DNA of 63,771 bases, filler included, from Reclinomonas americana ATCC 50394 (Eukaryota): the NCBI GenBank assembly GCA_048213135.1. It is 8 parts of 3 records of this genome, joined end to end, with 100 filler letters (N's around TTAATTAATTAA, not from the genome) between each part and the next. Parts side by side here need not be neighbours in the genome. Positions count along the whole stretch, not along the records: positions 20,409 to 38,478 come from PS015121.1; positions 38,579 to 43,807 come from PS015121.1; 6 more parts are not named here. One strand, given 5' to 3'. Position 1 is the first letter of the stretch. The number at the start of each line of letters is the position of its first letter. This document shows positions 25,672-38,595 of this stretch, in pieces. A model generated the notes under the pieces. That model had not been told where the DNA came from. It saw only the letters and a list, made by a program, of their open reading frames with translations, and ran no database searches. Position numbers and translations under genes: made by a program.

Positions 25672-28198
25672 TCACTGTGGAGGGCGGTACATGATGCTGG
25701 TGTCCTGGTGCGTCGTGAACCTCACGCCAGTGTTGTCCTCGATGATGCGGCCCAGAGGGCGCGATGCCAGGTCGCGCTCAAACTGCGTCAGCGATCCCGG
25801 CCACTCGTAGAAGAAGCGATCGCCGGCCTTCAGCATCGCAAACTGCTGCACGAGGATCGCCCGGAACGTCTCGCCGACCATGCCACCGGCCACATGCGGC
25901 TCCGCCAGCCCGCCCACCCACAGATCCACCATCTCAATGTCGCCATTGTAGGCCGCCGCCAGCTGCGCCGCCACCACCACATCGCCGCCCGTAATGTCGG
26001 TGAAGAGTGCGCGCGGAGGCAAGCCGAGGCGACGACGAGTCTGGTTGTAGGTGGTGAGGCCGTGGTCGCGGCCGCGCTGAATGTTGAGGGCGGCCAGGTC
26101 GAGGCCACGCGCCATGCCCGGCACGTGCNNNNNNNNNNNNNNNNNNNNNNNNNNNNNNNNNNNNNNNNNNNNNNNNNNNNNNNNNNNNNNNNNNNNNNNN
26201 NNNNNNNNNNNNNNNNNNNNNNNNNNNNNNNNNNNNNNNNNNNNNNNNNNNNNNNNNNNNNNNNNNNNNNNNNNNNNNNNNNNNNNNNNNNNNNNNNNNN
26301 NNNNNNNNNNNNNNNNNNNNNNNNNNNNNNNNNNNNNNNNNNNNNNNNNNNNNNNNNNNNNNNNNNNNNNNNNNNNNNNNNNNNNNNNNNNNNNNNNNNN
26401 NNNNNNNNNNNNNNNNNNNNNNNNNNNNNNNNNNNNNNNNNNNNNNNNNNNNNNNNNNNNNNNNNNNNNNNNNNNNNNNNNNNNNNNNNNNNNNNNNNNN
26501 NNNNNNNNNNNNNNNNNNNNNNNNNNNNNNNNNNNNNNNNNNNNNNNNNNNNNNNNNNNNNNNNAGTGCGCGCGGAGGCAAGCCGAGGCGACGACGAGTC
26601 TGGTTGTAGGTGGTGAGGCCGTGGTCGCGGCCGCGCTGAATGTTGAGGGCGGCCAGGTCGAGGCCACGCGCCATGCCCGGCACGTGCTCAAACAGCATGT
26701 TGCGCACGCTGTCGGCAATGTGAATGTCGACCTCCTCGCTCGGGTAGTTGGCCAGGCCGCGCAGCACCGGATCCACGCCGTGCGTCAGGATCTCGGTGGC
26801 ATCGAAGAAGAAGTCGGCAAGCGACGGCTCGCGCGGCTCCGGGTCCGCCTCGTCCATCAGCGGCAGTGCATCGCTCAGCATCGTGTGGCCGACGCGGTAC
26901 GCCGCAGCCGCAAACTCGTTGCTGATGGTGGCGTCGGCGTTGGAGTTGTACGCCTTGATCTTGTCGAACGGCGTGCAGTCGCCCAGCAGCACCGGCAGGA
27001 ACTCCTTGTACGTGATGCGTTGCATCTCGGCACCCACAATGCGACGAGCGCGCTGGTACACAATCNNNNNNNNNNNNNNNNNNNNTCGTCCTTCTTCGCC
27101 AAGTCCGTCATGGCCGCCAGCTGCGTGTCGTTGGCCAAGATAATGTCACACAGTTGGTTGTGTTCGCGCACAAACACCGTGTGCATGGCGGTGAGGCCGG
27201 ACTGCTCGTTGACGCGCACATCGCCCGCCACAAAGTACGACGAGATCGCCGGCGAGGCGCCGTTCGTCGGCAGCAAGTTGCCGTCCGAGGTCTTCATCTT
27301 GCCGTCGATAAAGGTGCGCAGCGAGTTGGCCGTGGTCGCGTCGGAGCCGTACACTTGCGAGGCGTCGATCCACGCAGTGATGTGGTTGGTCTGCTCACGG
27401 CGACCGTTGATCGTCTGGTAGTCGTCGCGCGACTGCGGAATGGCGCCGCCAAACAGCGGATCCGCCGGATCCAGCACGGCAATCGACGAGTCCTGCGTGG
27501 GGCTGGCGCTGGCCGTCTGCGTAATGTCGTGGTCCAGGAACTGGCCCCACTGCCACACCATGCCCGACACGTTGTTGGCGGCCTCGAACTCATTCGGCTC
27601 GCCATTGGCGTCGACGCCCTGCTGCAGCACCAGGTTGGAGATGTCGCGGGCATTGGGTCCCGAGCGCAGGCTGTTGTCGGTGCCGTAGTTGGCGAGGTTG
27701 GCGTAGCGAATGTACGTCTGGCCGGCCGAGCCGAGCAGGCACTTCTTTTTGTTGGGTGCCGACGCATCCGGAACACATCGCTGCTGCAGGTTGTTGTTGG
27801 CGCCGTCAATCGAGCGCCACTCGGGTTGCGCCGGCTGCTGCGGAGGAGGTGGCTGCTGCTGACCACCGCCGTTCTGGGGAGGCTGCTGCTGGCCACCACC
27901 ATTGTTCTGACCACCAGTGTTCTGCGGGGGCTGCTGCTGGCCACCATTGTTCTGGCCACCATTGTTCTGGCCACCATTGTTCTGGCCACCAGTGTTCTGG
28001 GGAGGCTGCTGTTGTTGTTGGCCACCACCGTTCTGTGGCGGTGGAGGAGAGGCGGCTTGTGCGCTGTGTAACCAGCAGAGGTGAGTGGGGCTGTGGTGTG
28101 GAGGGAGAGGGAGGGGAAGAGAGAGAAGAAGAGACTCACATGATGGCCACGATGACCAAGAGTGCCAGCACGGCAAGCACACGAGGAGAGAACATCAT
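25672..28198 (-). CDS. Secreted heme peroxidase (peroxidase-cyclooxygenase superfamily), copy 1
   Basis: Signal-peptide exon, one intron, NNGGQ repeats, then RSIDGANNN, WGQFLDHD, TAWIDASQVYG, GDVRVNE, AYRVGH, DLAALNIQRGRDHG, GDRFFYE. The gap 26129-26565 is flanked by a duplicated overlap. Confidence 0.95.
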
Positions 28199-28738
28199 AA
28201 TGATTGTTGTTGTTTGTTGTTGTTGGTGTGTGGAAGGAGGAGGTTGTCAGCTCTCACAAGTGAGGTGTAATGGGAGTGGGTTGGTTGCAAGGGGCATCGT
28301 GGCGGCTTTATGGCGTGTGCGAGTCGGGTGGCGAAGACTGCCGCGATGGTCTTTGTTGCGCTGCGGCGAATACAAGTGCAAATTGAGGTGGATTTTTGGA
28401 CACGGAATGTTTTGTGTGGCAAGTGAACAACTGTTGGTGAGAGGGGAAGGGGTGGGAATGTGTGGAGTTGATGCAGGCAGAGGGGTGGGGCGTAAAGAAA
28501 GAAGCGGAGGAGGAGCGTGGGAGGAGAGAGATGAATGGTGTCCGGTTGCAAGTTGGATACCGAGCTTTTGCGAAGGTCTTCACACAGGAACACACTGCAT
28601 CTGCAGTACAGGGCCGCTCAGAAGCATCGAGACACACGCGAAGCACTTTCGTTGATTGATTGTTTGTATTGATTGGCATTGGTTTTGAATATTGGCATTC
28701 GGATTTCGTGATTCTTCCTGGCGTCCCTTCGCTTTTCC

Positions 28739-30581
28739 TTACTTGCTCCAGCAGTGCACCGCACCGGTCGTATCGCCAAGCATCAGCGTGCCCTGCTCCT
28801 CATCGATGCAAACCGACGTCACCTGGTGCAGAGCGATCGGGGCCGGAGTGGTGTGAGCTGCCAGTCGCGCCACGGCAAAGTCGCCGGAGCGCAGGTCAAT
28901 GATGGACAGACTGGCACCTGTCGTGGCTACTCAGAACGGGTAAGATTAGCACCAACAGACGTATAAATAAGCGAGATATCGAGAACACTTACCTCCAGCC
29001 GCCGTTGTGAGGCGGAAATCCTGCGGTTTCTGGTACAGGAACACGCGAGTCTGGCAGCGGCTGAGGAAGAAGTTTTGCACACGCTCCTTGTCATCCACAT
29101 CGGTGAAGAACCTGCAGCATGCAAGCGAAGATGAGAAGCATGAATGCTGGTAGAAGGAAACGGGTGTAAGTGTAACGAAATCACTCGCTTGCCCGTCACG
29201 GTCCACACGGTGACCTCGTTGGCGCACAGCGTCAGGAACAGATTACTCTGCTGCAGAAAGAGAAAGCGCTTCGGAACAATGTCGTGCGACTCGGGAACCA
29301 CCAGGCGCGTGTCCAGCGTCAGCTGCGAATGCAATGTTGTTGAGCCGACAGCCTCATAGACGCGAGAGGACGAGACGCAACATCATGAATGGTGAGTGGG
29401 CAGCCGTCTTGCTTGATGACCACGCGGTCCTCCATCAACTCGATGAGACCGATGCGGTACTGCGGGTCTACCGGCAGCTTGCATGCCTTGATCACGCGGC
29501 GCTCGTGGACGGAGACGAGACGCACAGGGAGGTGGTGCTCCGTGCGCTGGTAGACAATGAGCAGGATGCCAGGGCTGCCGTGTCGTGTTCAGTCAACGAG
29601 ATACAATCACTCGTCATGATCACGAAGCGATGTTGGCGAGAGACCTGAGTTTCACATCCTGAACGCCATCGTCGTTGATGGAGAGCACCAAGTCGTAGTT
29701 GCAGCCGTCCCACAGCCGGAACATGTGTGTGACAGACGAGTAGGTCAGCACGTAGGGGCAGTCCACGTCGGTCTCGTCAAACTCCACAAACGCCGGCCAT
29801 TTCAGCTCTTCGAACTTGAACAGTTGCAGACCGGCGTCCCACTTGCCCTTGCTGAGGTACCTGCATAAGGCAGAGGAGAGAGGGAGAAAGGGTAGGACGA
29901 TCACTTCAATGGTCAGCAGTGCAACAAGACAGCGCAGCGTGCGTGGAGTTGTCTCGCAACTCGATCGGAGTGGAGCGGCAATGCAACGTCTGATAGCTGT
30001 CGGCACTGTACACCGACACGGTGATGATGGAGCGGTTGGCGCGGTTGTGTGTGACACTGCTGACAAGTTCATCCGGTTGCACGTTGAGGTAACACACACG
30101 GCGGTGCGAATCTGTGATCATGAAATGCGTTTCTGTAGACCCCCTTCATCCAACACCATCACCATCACAGGCCATACTCCAGCCACCGACGCAACGACGA
30201 TGAAAGACAGCACACACGCCCGACTTGGTGAGCACGATGACAAACTGCTCCGCGCACAAGACCTCCACCACACGGGAGCGCTGCTTCAAGAATGCCAGTT
30301 TGTTGGTGCGCGACGACGACGCGTCGTGCGCGTCCATGGTGCTCTGTCACACTGTGAGGGATGCGGGAGAGGGAGGCACACTGTGCACACGCGGAAGGAT
30401 CACGCACTGTGTGGGCGAGGCGCATGCGGTGATCATTGATGGCTGCCGCCCCGGCAAAGTGTTGCCGGAAACGCAGCGAGGGTGCCCCCAGTCCAGCCTC
30501 GCGCTGGTGCAGGGTGCGTGCAATGTTGGTGAAGCCAAACAGTGAGGAGGTGTCGAGGAGACTGTGACAAAAGTCGCCCAT
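28739..30581 (-). CDS. Conserved WD40-like beta-propeller protein of unknown function (family recalled from plants/SAR)
   Basis: FLKQRSRVVEV, LTKSGVCAVF, CYLN..PDELVSS, SIITVSVYSADSY..LHCRSTPIE|YL, LKWPAFVEFD, VKL|SPGILL, GAVHCWSK*. Confidence 0.8.
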
Positions 30582-30658
30582 GTTTGTGCGTGCACAGAGA
30601 GAGAGAGAAATGAAGGAAAAATGACAAGTTCGGATCTATCGGATTTGGCGCGAAACAT

Positions 30659-33616
30659 TCACTGCGTAGGTGGTGCCCAGGCGCAGCAGACAGACAGAGG
30701 CCAGCGACGAGTGACCGAGTCCTCGCTGACATTGAGTGCTGCAGCGCAGTCGACCACTGCCAGCTGGTACGTCATCTGTGTCACCACGGATCAGTTGTCC
30801 TTCGCACTTTCTGTTTGTGTAAACTGGGGACTCACCTCGTACATCTCGCGAAGCTGCGCTTCGCCAAGCAGCGCCCGGCGGAGTGGTTTATGCGGCCGTT
30901 CCTCCGCCAGCCACTCTGCCACTTCCTCCCGTGGTTCATCCGGCAGCGTGGATGTGGGCATATTCTGGTCGATCAGCGCACGATAGTTGATGTGCCCGCC
31001 GAGGAGCGACACGGCCCGCACAATCGCACGAGAGGCGCGAATTGGCTCCGCGTACAGGGCATCGTTGGACTTGGACGTCGGTGTGTCGTCACTGGACTCG
31101 AAGCCTCCCGTCATCAGCGTGTGTCGGACGGCGGCCTCAATCAGTCGGCGCTGCGACGAGAACAGAGTGAGCCACCAGTACCACATCACATGCATGCCTG
31201 GTAGCAGGCACCACCACCACCACCAACACACCTCGACATCCATGCGGAATTGGTCGACTTCGTGACTAAAGTGACCAAGCTCGCGCACGTGCTCCTTCAT
31301 CATGGCGCGCGCCGCCGCCACGCCATATTCCACCAACGGTTGACGATCGCAAACTTGATCTCTGCGGTGCGCGAGTTATTACGTGAAGTGCAACGCAACA
31401 CACACTCGGTGATTGCATGACGCACACAGTGAAGAAGTTGAGGAAGAATGTGTCGTCGGAGCGCGCGTCGCGGCGTGGTCTCTTGGCGTCCCTGTGGCAA
31501 GCGATGGTCAACAACATCATCGCGCACCACGTGACAGACAAGCGAGCGCTGCACTGCGCAACATGGACAATGGCACCGAGAGCAGGCTTCCAGTCAGCGC
31601 CAACTCGGCGGGCACGGAGCGTGGTGATGGCTGCCGTGACATTGACGACTGGGTGCGACGCAATTGCGGCGGTGTGGGTGGTCGCGACGACGGTGACCGC
31701 TTCACGGGGAACGAGGAGCTCGACAGACTGGTCGTGTGCAGTGAAGCGGGCGACAGTCGACTGCCCGGGGAGGCTGGGCGCGACGGTGATCGAGAGGGAG
31801 CACGCGACGAATTCCCTTGACCGAGACGGCGCAGGCAGAGTGCACGATGCCGCTCGAAGAAGCGTCGCCACTGTCGATGTACCAGCGCACGGCGTGCCAG
31901 CGTGCATCGAATCCAGTCGCGCACTGCCGCCGCCGACAGTTTGTCTGCGGTGAAAAACACACACACACAGAGTCAGAAAATCCACTGTGCACACACCTCG
32001 ACTGGTTTTTTGTGAAGCAGAGACGCAACATTGCATGAGAGCCCGCCGCACGTGCTGCACCAGATCGCGCACTTGGCGAAAGGCCGAAATGGCGTGAATA
32101 ATGACGGTGGCCAGTCGGCGCTTGCGATGAATGCGCCAGCCGATCGAAAGCGAGAGGGTGTGGCGGCCAATGATCTCTGCCAGTCGCCGCCGACGCAGAC
32201 GAATGCGGGCCTTGACGAGTGGAAAGAAGACACGTTCCAGGTATCGAGCGGCGCGCATTCGCACACGCTGAATGTAGTCATCGTGCCGGTGCGTGGACAG
32301 TGCACGCTCCAGCACAGCCATTCGCGATGCCATTGCCGAGTAGCCCAACCAGCGCCGCTGCAATCGACGTACAATCGGATACACATGCACCCAGAACTCG
32401 TGCCGCTCCGCCGCCTCCTCCATACGCTCCGCCAGCTCACGTGCCAGCAGCTCCTCGTGCTCGCGCTGCTCGGCAGTGAGTGCCGTCTTGCGACTCAGCG
32501 CTTGGGTCAGTCGCAAACTCTCCTGCTCACTCTGACCACAACAGGTGTTGAGTGTTCGAGAGCACAGCATGAGGCTGACCAAACCACTCACCAGCAAATG
32601 CAGGTGCTGCCGCAAAGCCTCCCGCGTACGCAGCCACGCCTGCTCCTTATTCGCCTCGACATACGACGACTCGGCCGTGGGTGGCGCCGCCGGCTTGCGC
32701 TCCCTCTCGTACTCGTGCACTCGCTTTAGCAACTGCTGCCGCTGCTCCTTATCGCTGCGCAGCTCCGCCAGCCGCATTTGCATCCGCTTCTCCACCGTCA
32801 TCAACGCCAGCGTCTGCTGCGGCTGCAGTGGCGATGCTCGTGGCCGCTCATCGCCATCATCGTCATGGCTATTGTTATTGTTGTGCACGACTGGCTCGCT
32901 GGCTGCAGCTCCCGGTGAGCCGCTCGGCGGCGACGAAGCTACAGTGATGATACCGGCCACCGAGGCGCGACGGTAGATGTGCGTGTTGACTGGCGGCAAC
33001 CAGCGGTCCTCGTTGACGAGATTTTGAGTCACGCGCAGCTGTCGATGCGGATGATGTGATTACACAAGCCAGGTTTACATATCGACTGCTTCTGCACACG
33101 TACACACACGCACCTCCTTGTCGTACATCATCATGGAGGCGCGATGGCGTTGCGCCTGTGCTCGAGTCATTGCTGCACGAATCCGACAATGTGTGTGAGT
33201 GAGTGATACAGACAGACAGACAGAGATATCGATAGAGAAGTGGGCATGCTCGTCATGCAGTCACACCATTGGCGCCACCTGCCAGTGACTTGTAACGTGC
33301 CAGACCACTCACAAGCGCCGACACTGCCGATTTGGAATGATTGCTGGGAGCCGCTGCTGTTGCTGCTGCTGGTGTCTGAGGAGGCGATGATTGGCCGACG
33401 GGAATGAGTGGCGGTGAGTTGATGTCGCGCCCGTAGGAGGTGGGCGAGGGTGAGCGGGCGCCTGGTGAGCGGCGGCCTTGCGAGCGCCGTCGTTGGGAGG
33501 GGCGGTGTGGAGTCAGCGCCGGGAGCATTGGTTGACNNNNNNNNNNNNNNNNNNNNGTGATACGGATTGGAACTAACTGACGCGAGCAAACGACCGACTT
33601 CACTCATTAATTCCAT
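30659..33616 (-). CDS. Hypothetical multi-exon protein with basic helical/coiled-coil region
   Basis: Chain of same-strand ORFs linked by GT-AG introns (e.g. 31945-32029). The splice pattern near 31300-31400 is uncertain. Confidence 0.55.
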
Positions 33617-33735
33617 GCTGTACAGCTCCTTCTCAACAAAACTTTCCCTCCCCCCTGCTCTGCTATGTGCTATGTGTGTGTGCAAAACACCGTCCCCTTC
33701 TTGCTTACTGTTTTTTCTCTCCCTCTTCGTGGAAA

Positions 33736-36520
33736 TTAGATTAGCGGTCGCCGTCTTTGCGGACCGACGCCACCAGAGCCGAGGGCCGCAGAGGTGGTCG
33801 TGGTGGTCGTCGTGGTGGTGACGGCCGCGGGGCCTGGATTTGGTCTGACTCCCGGCAGTCCACCAACGGCGTTTCTGTTGCGCCACAGTGAGACGAGGAA
33901 TGAGGGGAGAAAAGAGAGCCAAATCATCGGCGTGGCACTCACCGTGGAGGAACGAGTGGAGATGGCTTGACATTGACGGAGGAGGGTGGGGCCATGCGGA
34001 AGCCGCCGCCGACCTGTGCGCCTGGTGCTCTCCCCAAGGATGAGCCGCCGGCGCCCGACATCAGGCCTCCACTGCCGAGTCCACTGGAGGGTGCACCGGA
34101 AACGCCCATGGAACTGTTGTGGGGGGAGTGTGAGGTGCACGACACACACAAGACACACACACACAGACGAACGAGCAAACCTGCCAGGACTCGCTCCCAC
34201 GCCCGGCGCGTAGCGAGCATTCTTCACGTAGTGCGCGCGGCCGCCGAGCTGGCCACCCATTCCACCGGTCAGTGGTGACACGGCGGGCGCACCGGCGGCA
34301 CCGAGGTTACCCGAGACTGGAACACCACTGCCCAGCGCGCGGCTCACCAACCCGCCACCCGGTGCCATAACGCTGCCCGCACCACCCGCGCCGCCGTACA
34401 TGTTGCGGTCGGGACTGGCTCGTTGCCGCTCCGGCGACACCTTGCGACTGCTCGCAATGCTGCCCGACGAGCCCGCTGCTCCTGCAGCTCCTGGTGCGCC
34501 AGCAGCACCGGCGCCACCAATGCCACCCAGCGGACGCACTGATGCCTTGCGACCAATCGACGGCAATGAGACTGGAAAAGAGACGACAAAGACGAGCGTT
34601 AGAAACGCACTCGTGGTCACAGGGTTTGGTCGTGGCACGAAACTGTCGGGCATGGCAGCCGAGGGTCCGGCTCCACTGCCAATGGCGCCACTCAAATGCG
34701 AGTGAGAGCGCTTGGCGGCCAGCAATCGCTCACCCGCCTGCTCGCCACCGGCCGCCCCAAACGAGGCCATCGACTCCTGCTTCATCAGCAGTGCCGACGA
34801 CTCTGACTGGTCGTGCAGGCCCGATGACTCGCCGCCGCCGTGGACCTCCGGCAAGAGGCCGCTCTCGTCCTCAAAGGCGCCCAACGATTTGGGCACCTGC
34901 ACACCGACCTGGAAGTACGGGTACTGCAGGCACTGCACGGCGGTAGGCCGCTTGGAGGGATCGTACTTGAGCATGTCGGAGATGAGCTGAATGGCCTCGG
35001 GCGACGCCTGCGGCACCAGTGTCGACAGTGGCGTGGCCACAAAGCTCGGGAACTTCATGTTGAGTCGCGAGGCCAGTCGCTGACCGTCGGGCCAGGAGGT
35101 GGCGGTGGGGGTGCCCAGCACGCTGCAGACTGCGGGGTGCAGTGGAAGGAGAGGGCAGGTGAGACACGGGGAGGGAAAGGAGAAAAGAAGAGGACGAGGA
35201 GAAGAGAAAAACTGAGTGCGGCGTGGCGATCGAGTAATTGCAAGTGACAGTGGGTGGTGAACGAAACTCTTGTACATCTGGTCCGGTTCTGATGAGCCGG
35301 GGAAGAGCGGGCGCAGCGTGTACAACTCGGCCTGTGGTGGCAGGAATGAGCTCAACCGAATTGCGAGAGATTGTGTCAATAACTCGACAACGCGCACCAT
35401 GATGCAGCCGAGCGCCCACACGTCAATGGGCGAGTTGTAATTGTGTGAGCGCAACACCACCTCAGGTGCGCGGTACCAGCGCGTCGAGACGTACTCGGTG
35501 AATGGGGGACGCGAGCGAATCTCACGGGCCAAACCAAAGTCAGCCACCTTGACCACGTCCTTGGAGATGAGCAGGTTCTCCGGCTTCAAGTCGCGATGGA
35601 AGAAGCTGCGCGACCGAGTGAGCAACATGCACTTCTTTCTGCCTCTCTTTCGTTGCGAGACGCACCCATGCTTGTGCATGTAGGCAATGCCTTGCAGCAC
35701 CTGATACATCCAGTTGCGAATCTTGGCCTCGGTGAGCGGCTTGTCGCGGTTCTTCATGCACTGGTACATGTTCTCCTCGAGGTACTCGAACACGAAGAAC
35801 AGCTCATCGTTCTCGCGAATCACCTCCTTGAGGCGCACAATGTTTTGGTGGCTCAGCTTCTTCAACGACTGCGACCAGACAAGGAGAGATTGTCAACGAC
35901 ATGGAGGGAGTGAGGGAGTGAGTGAGCGTGTGAACGACAGACCTTGATCTCGCGCAGCTGCATGCACTCGTCCCATGAGGTGAAGCGGCGCTTCATCTTC
36001 TTGATGGCCACCTGAGCATCGCACAAGTCGACGAGTCAGTGTCCGAGTGTCCGAGAGAGAGAGAGAGCGATGTGCAAAGAACAACGCGCGCGCGCACGCA
36101 CGTACACACAGAGTAGACAAGAGGACGACTGGGGAGAGTGAGAGCGAGAGCGAGAGAGAGAGACACACACACACAGAGGCATGTGGTTGCGAATATGATG
36201 AGTGGAGGGGGTTCATGGCATCCTCTCTCATCGCTCTCTGTGAGAATCTCTCTCTTCGCTCACACGCGCGCACAATGTGCACAAGAAGAGCGCGAGAAGA
36301 GAGCAATGTGTCACGCACCACTTCACCCGACTGGCGGTTGACTCCCTTGAAGACACTTCCATAGGTGCCGTCACCGACCTGAGAGCACACACACACACAC
36401 ACGCAAACATACAGGCAAGTGAGTGCACACGCACACAGAAGGGGAGAGGGAGACAGAGAGAGAGAGAGAGGCAGTTGCTCTTGTCACACTCACCGTTCGA
36501 GTGACCTTGTAACGCTGCAT
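33736..36520 (-). CDS. MAK: MAK/ICK (RCK family) serine/threonine kinase
   Basis: [81 protein letters not shown] (TEY activation loop). Confidence 0.95.
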
Positions 36521-37041
36521 TCAGTTGTCAACAGAGTCACTCTCGTTGTTCTTTTGTTTTCCACTCTGTCTCTCTTGCACACAAACACAGTGCACAACAC
36601 ACGCGTAAACACAGAAAAGAGCAGAACGCGCCCGCCGAGAAAAATCAACTGCAACGCTGTCCATTTCACGACCGAATGGCCGATTGGCAAGAAGACGTCG
36701 AGACATTTCACGGCGGCGTTCTTTGTGCCGTCTAAGTGAGGGAAGCGCAGTCGCAGCTGCCTGTAGTACACACGCAGTCTATTCCCTCTTTGTTCATGCT
36801 TCGAATTCATAAACTCGAACACGACGTCGAAGTCATCCGAGGCAAGCAACGACGTCGAGCACGACACTGCACTCTGTTCTCTCTTTGTCATGCATTGTGC
36901 CTTGTTGCTGCAGAAACCGGGTCAGCAGGCAAATTCGAACGACAGGACGTCGACATTCTCGCAATTCACAAACAAAGCACACACACACACGCTGTCTCTC
37001 CTTCCCGCACCACCCCCCCCCCCCCCCCACTTCAGCGCCCC

Positions 37042-38399
37042 ATGCCGTGGTGCTCACTGGTGAGAAATAGAGACAGTCTCTTCTCGCACATCGTCTGCAG
37101 CTCATCCTTACTCTCATCCTCCCTCTCTCCTCACCAACATGCAGACCAGCGACGGCTACTGCGTGGCCTACACATGTATCACCAGCATACTCAGTGCATT
37201 CGGCTTTGCGCTCTTTGTGCTCAATTTGTTCTTCATTCCCGGAAAAAAGTGCACACCCCATCTCTTGTCATCCATACTCTCTCTCTCTCTCACTCTCTCT
37301 CACACACACAGAGGATTCACTCGCCAGCAACGTGTCATGTTCTGGGTCATGCAAGGCATCCGTCTGTCCATTGGTGTCACTTCCCTGTCACGCCTGCTCG
37401 TCGTGCTGTTGCGCTTCACCGATCGGAGTGGATTGCTGCGCACGGGCGCGTTTGTGGTGATCGGGAACGGGACACTCATGTTGCGCCCAGCGAGAGAGAG
37501 ATTCATGCGCTGTATCTCGTAAGTAATCTGTGTTCCTCTGGCTGCAGGGTTCTGCTCTCGTTGCTGGTGTTGCACTGGGTGGTTCCGGTGGTCTCTCTCA
37601 TGCGTGCCATGGAATCGCGCTCGTGCTCTCCGCCGGTGGCCATTGTCATTGTGGCGCAGTGTGTGGAGATGGTGTGTGGAGTGGTGTCGGCGTCAATGCT
37701 GGCCTCGTGGATGTTTAGCGACGTGTGCATTGTGGCGCCGTACGGGTGGTTGCTCTCTGTACCGCACTGCAGTCGTCTGTATCACGGCTTTGCCTACACG
37801 TGGGTGATTTGTGTGGCCATCGTGGTGTTCCTGCTCGTCTCCTTCCCTCTCTACTTGTTGTGGTTGAAGAAGAGGAGTCGCTTCACGGCTTCCAACGCAA
37901 GTCTGCACACGGCGTTCCTCAAGGTGTGCACGCAAGCACCAGGTGTTCGTTCACTTCCGGCCTCCTCCTCCTCCTCATCTTTTTCTCTCGTGCGCAGGCC
38001 ACTCTGTTGTGCTCCACGGCCGTTGTGCTCACCTCCATCTTCATCGGCATCATCCTTGCTCAGCTCGCCGATCCGACCATCATATTCGGCAACTATATCT
38101 TGCTGCTGGAGGTGCTATTGCTGCTGCTGCTCCTTGCTGTACCGTGTCGCAGCCATCTCACGAGCTGTGTGTGCACACAGAGTCTGATTGGCCTGCTGCT
38201 GGTCACCATGGTGGCCATCATGTTCAGACCACTGCGCTCCAGGCACAGCAACTCGTTCACCTCCAAGCACAGTCACATGTCCACGGAAATGCAACCGGCC
38301 AAGGGCAGCGACGACTTTTTGAGCCGCGGCTCGCAGCCGCTCCTGACGACAACCGCCGAGGGGGACCCGAGCGACCTCCGAAGCGCACATAGCGTATAA
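37042..38399 (+). CDS. Multi-pass (about 7 TM) membrane protein, paralogue A
   Basis: Hydrophobic spliced exons. LFFIPG...QRVMFWVMQGIRL and NASLHTAFLK| are shared with paralogue B. Confidence 0.7.
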
Positions 38400-38595
38400 T
38401 AGTAAACTCAAGCGATTAATGATGAAGATCGATGTCTGATAACGAAGCGGACACGCATTAGACTGCCTTTTTCTTGCGNNNNNNNNNNNNNNNNNNNNNN
38501 NNNNNNNNNNNNNNNNNNNNNNTTAATTAATTAANNNNNNNNNNNNNNNNNNNNNNNNNNNNNNNNNNNNNNNNNNNNATCGTTGCGCCTCGACC

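Noticed and set aside
26006-26686. Internal tandem duplication in peroxidase copy 1
   Set aside because: The ~120 bp on either side of the gap are identical, which indicates an unmerged contig overlap.
31362-31399. Additional T|GTTGCGT intron of 38 nt
   Set aside because: It restores one plausible frame but is shorter than the other introns and has no homology support. Left out of the tally.
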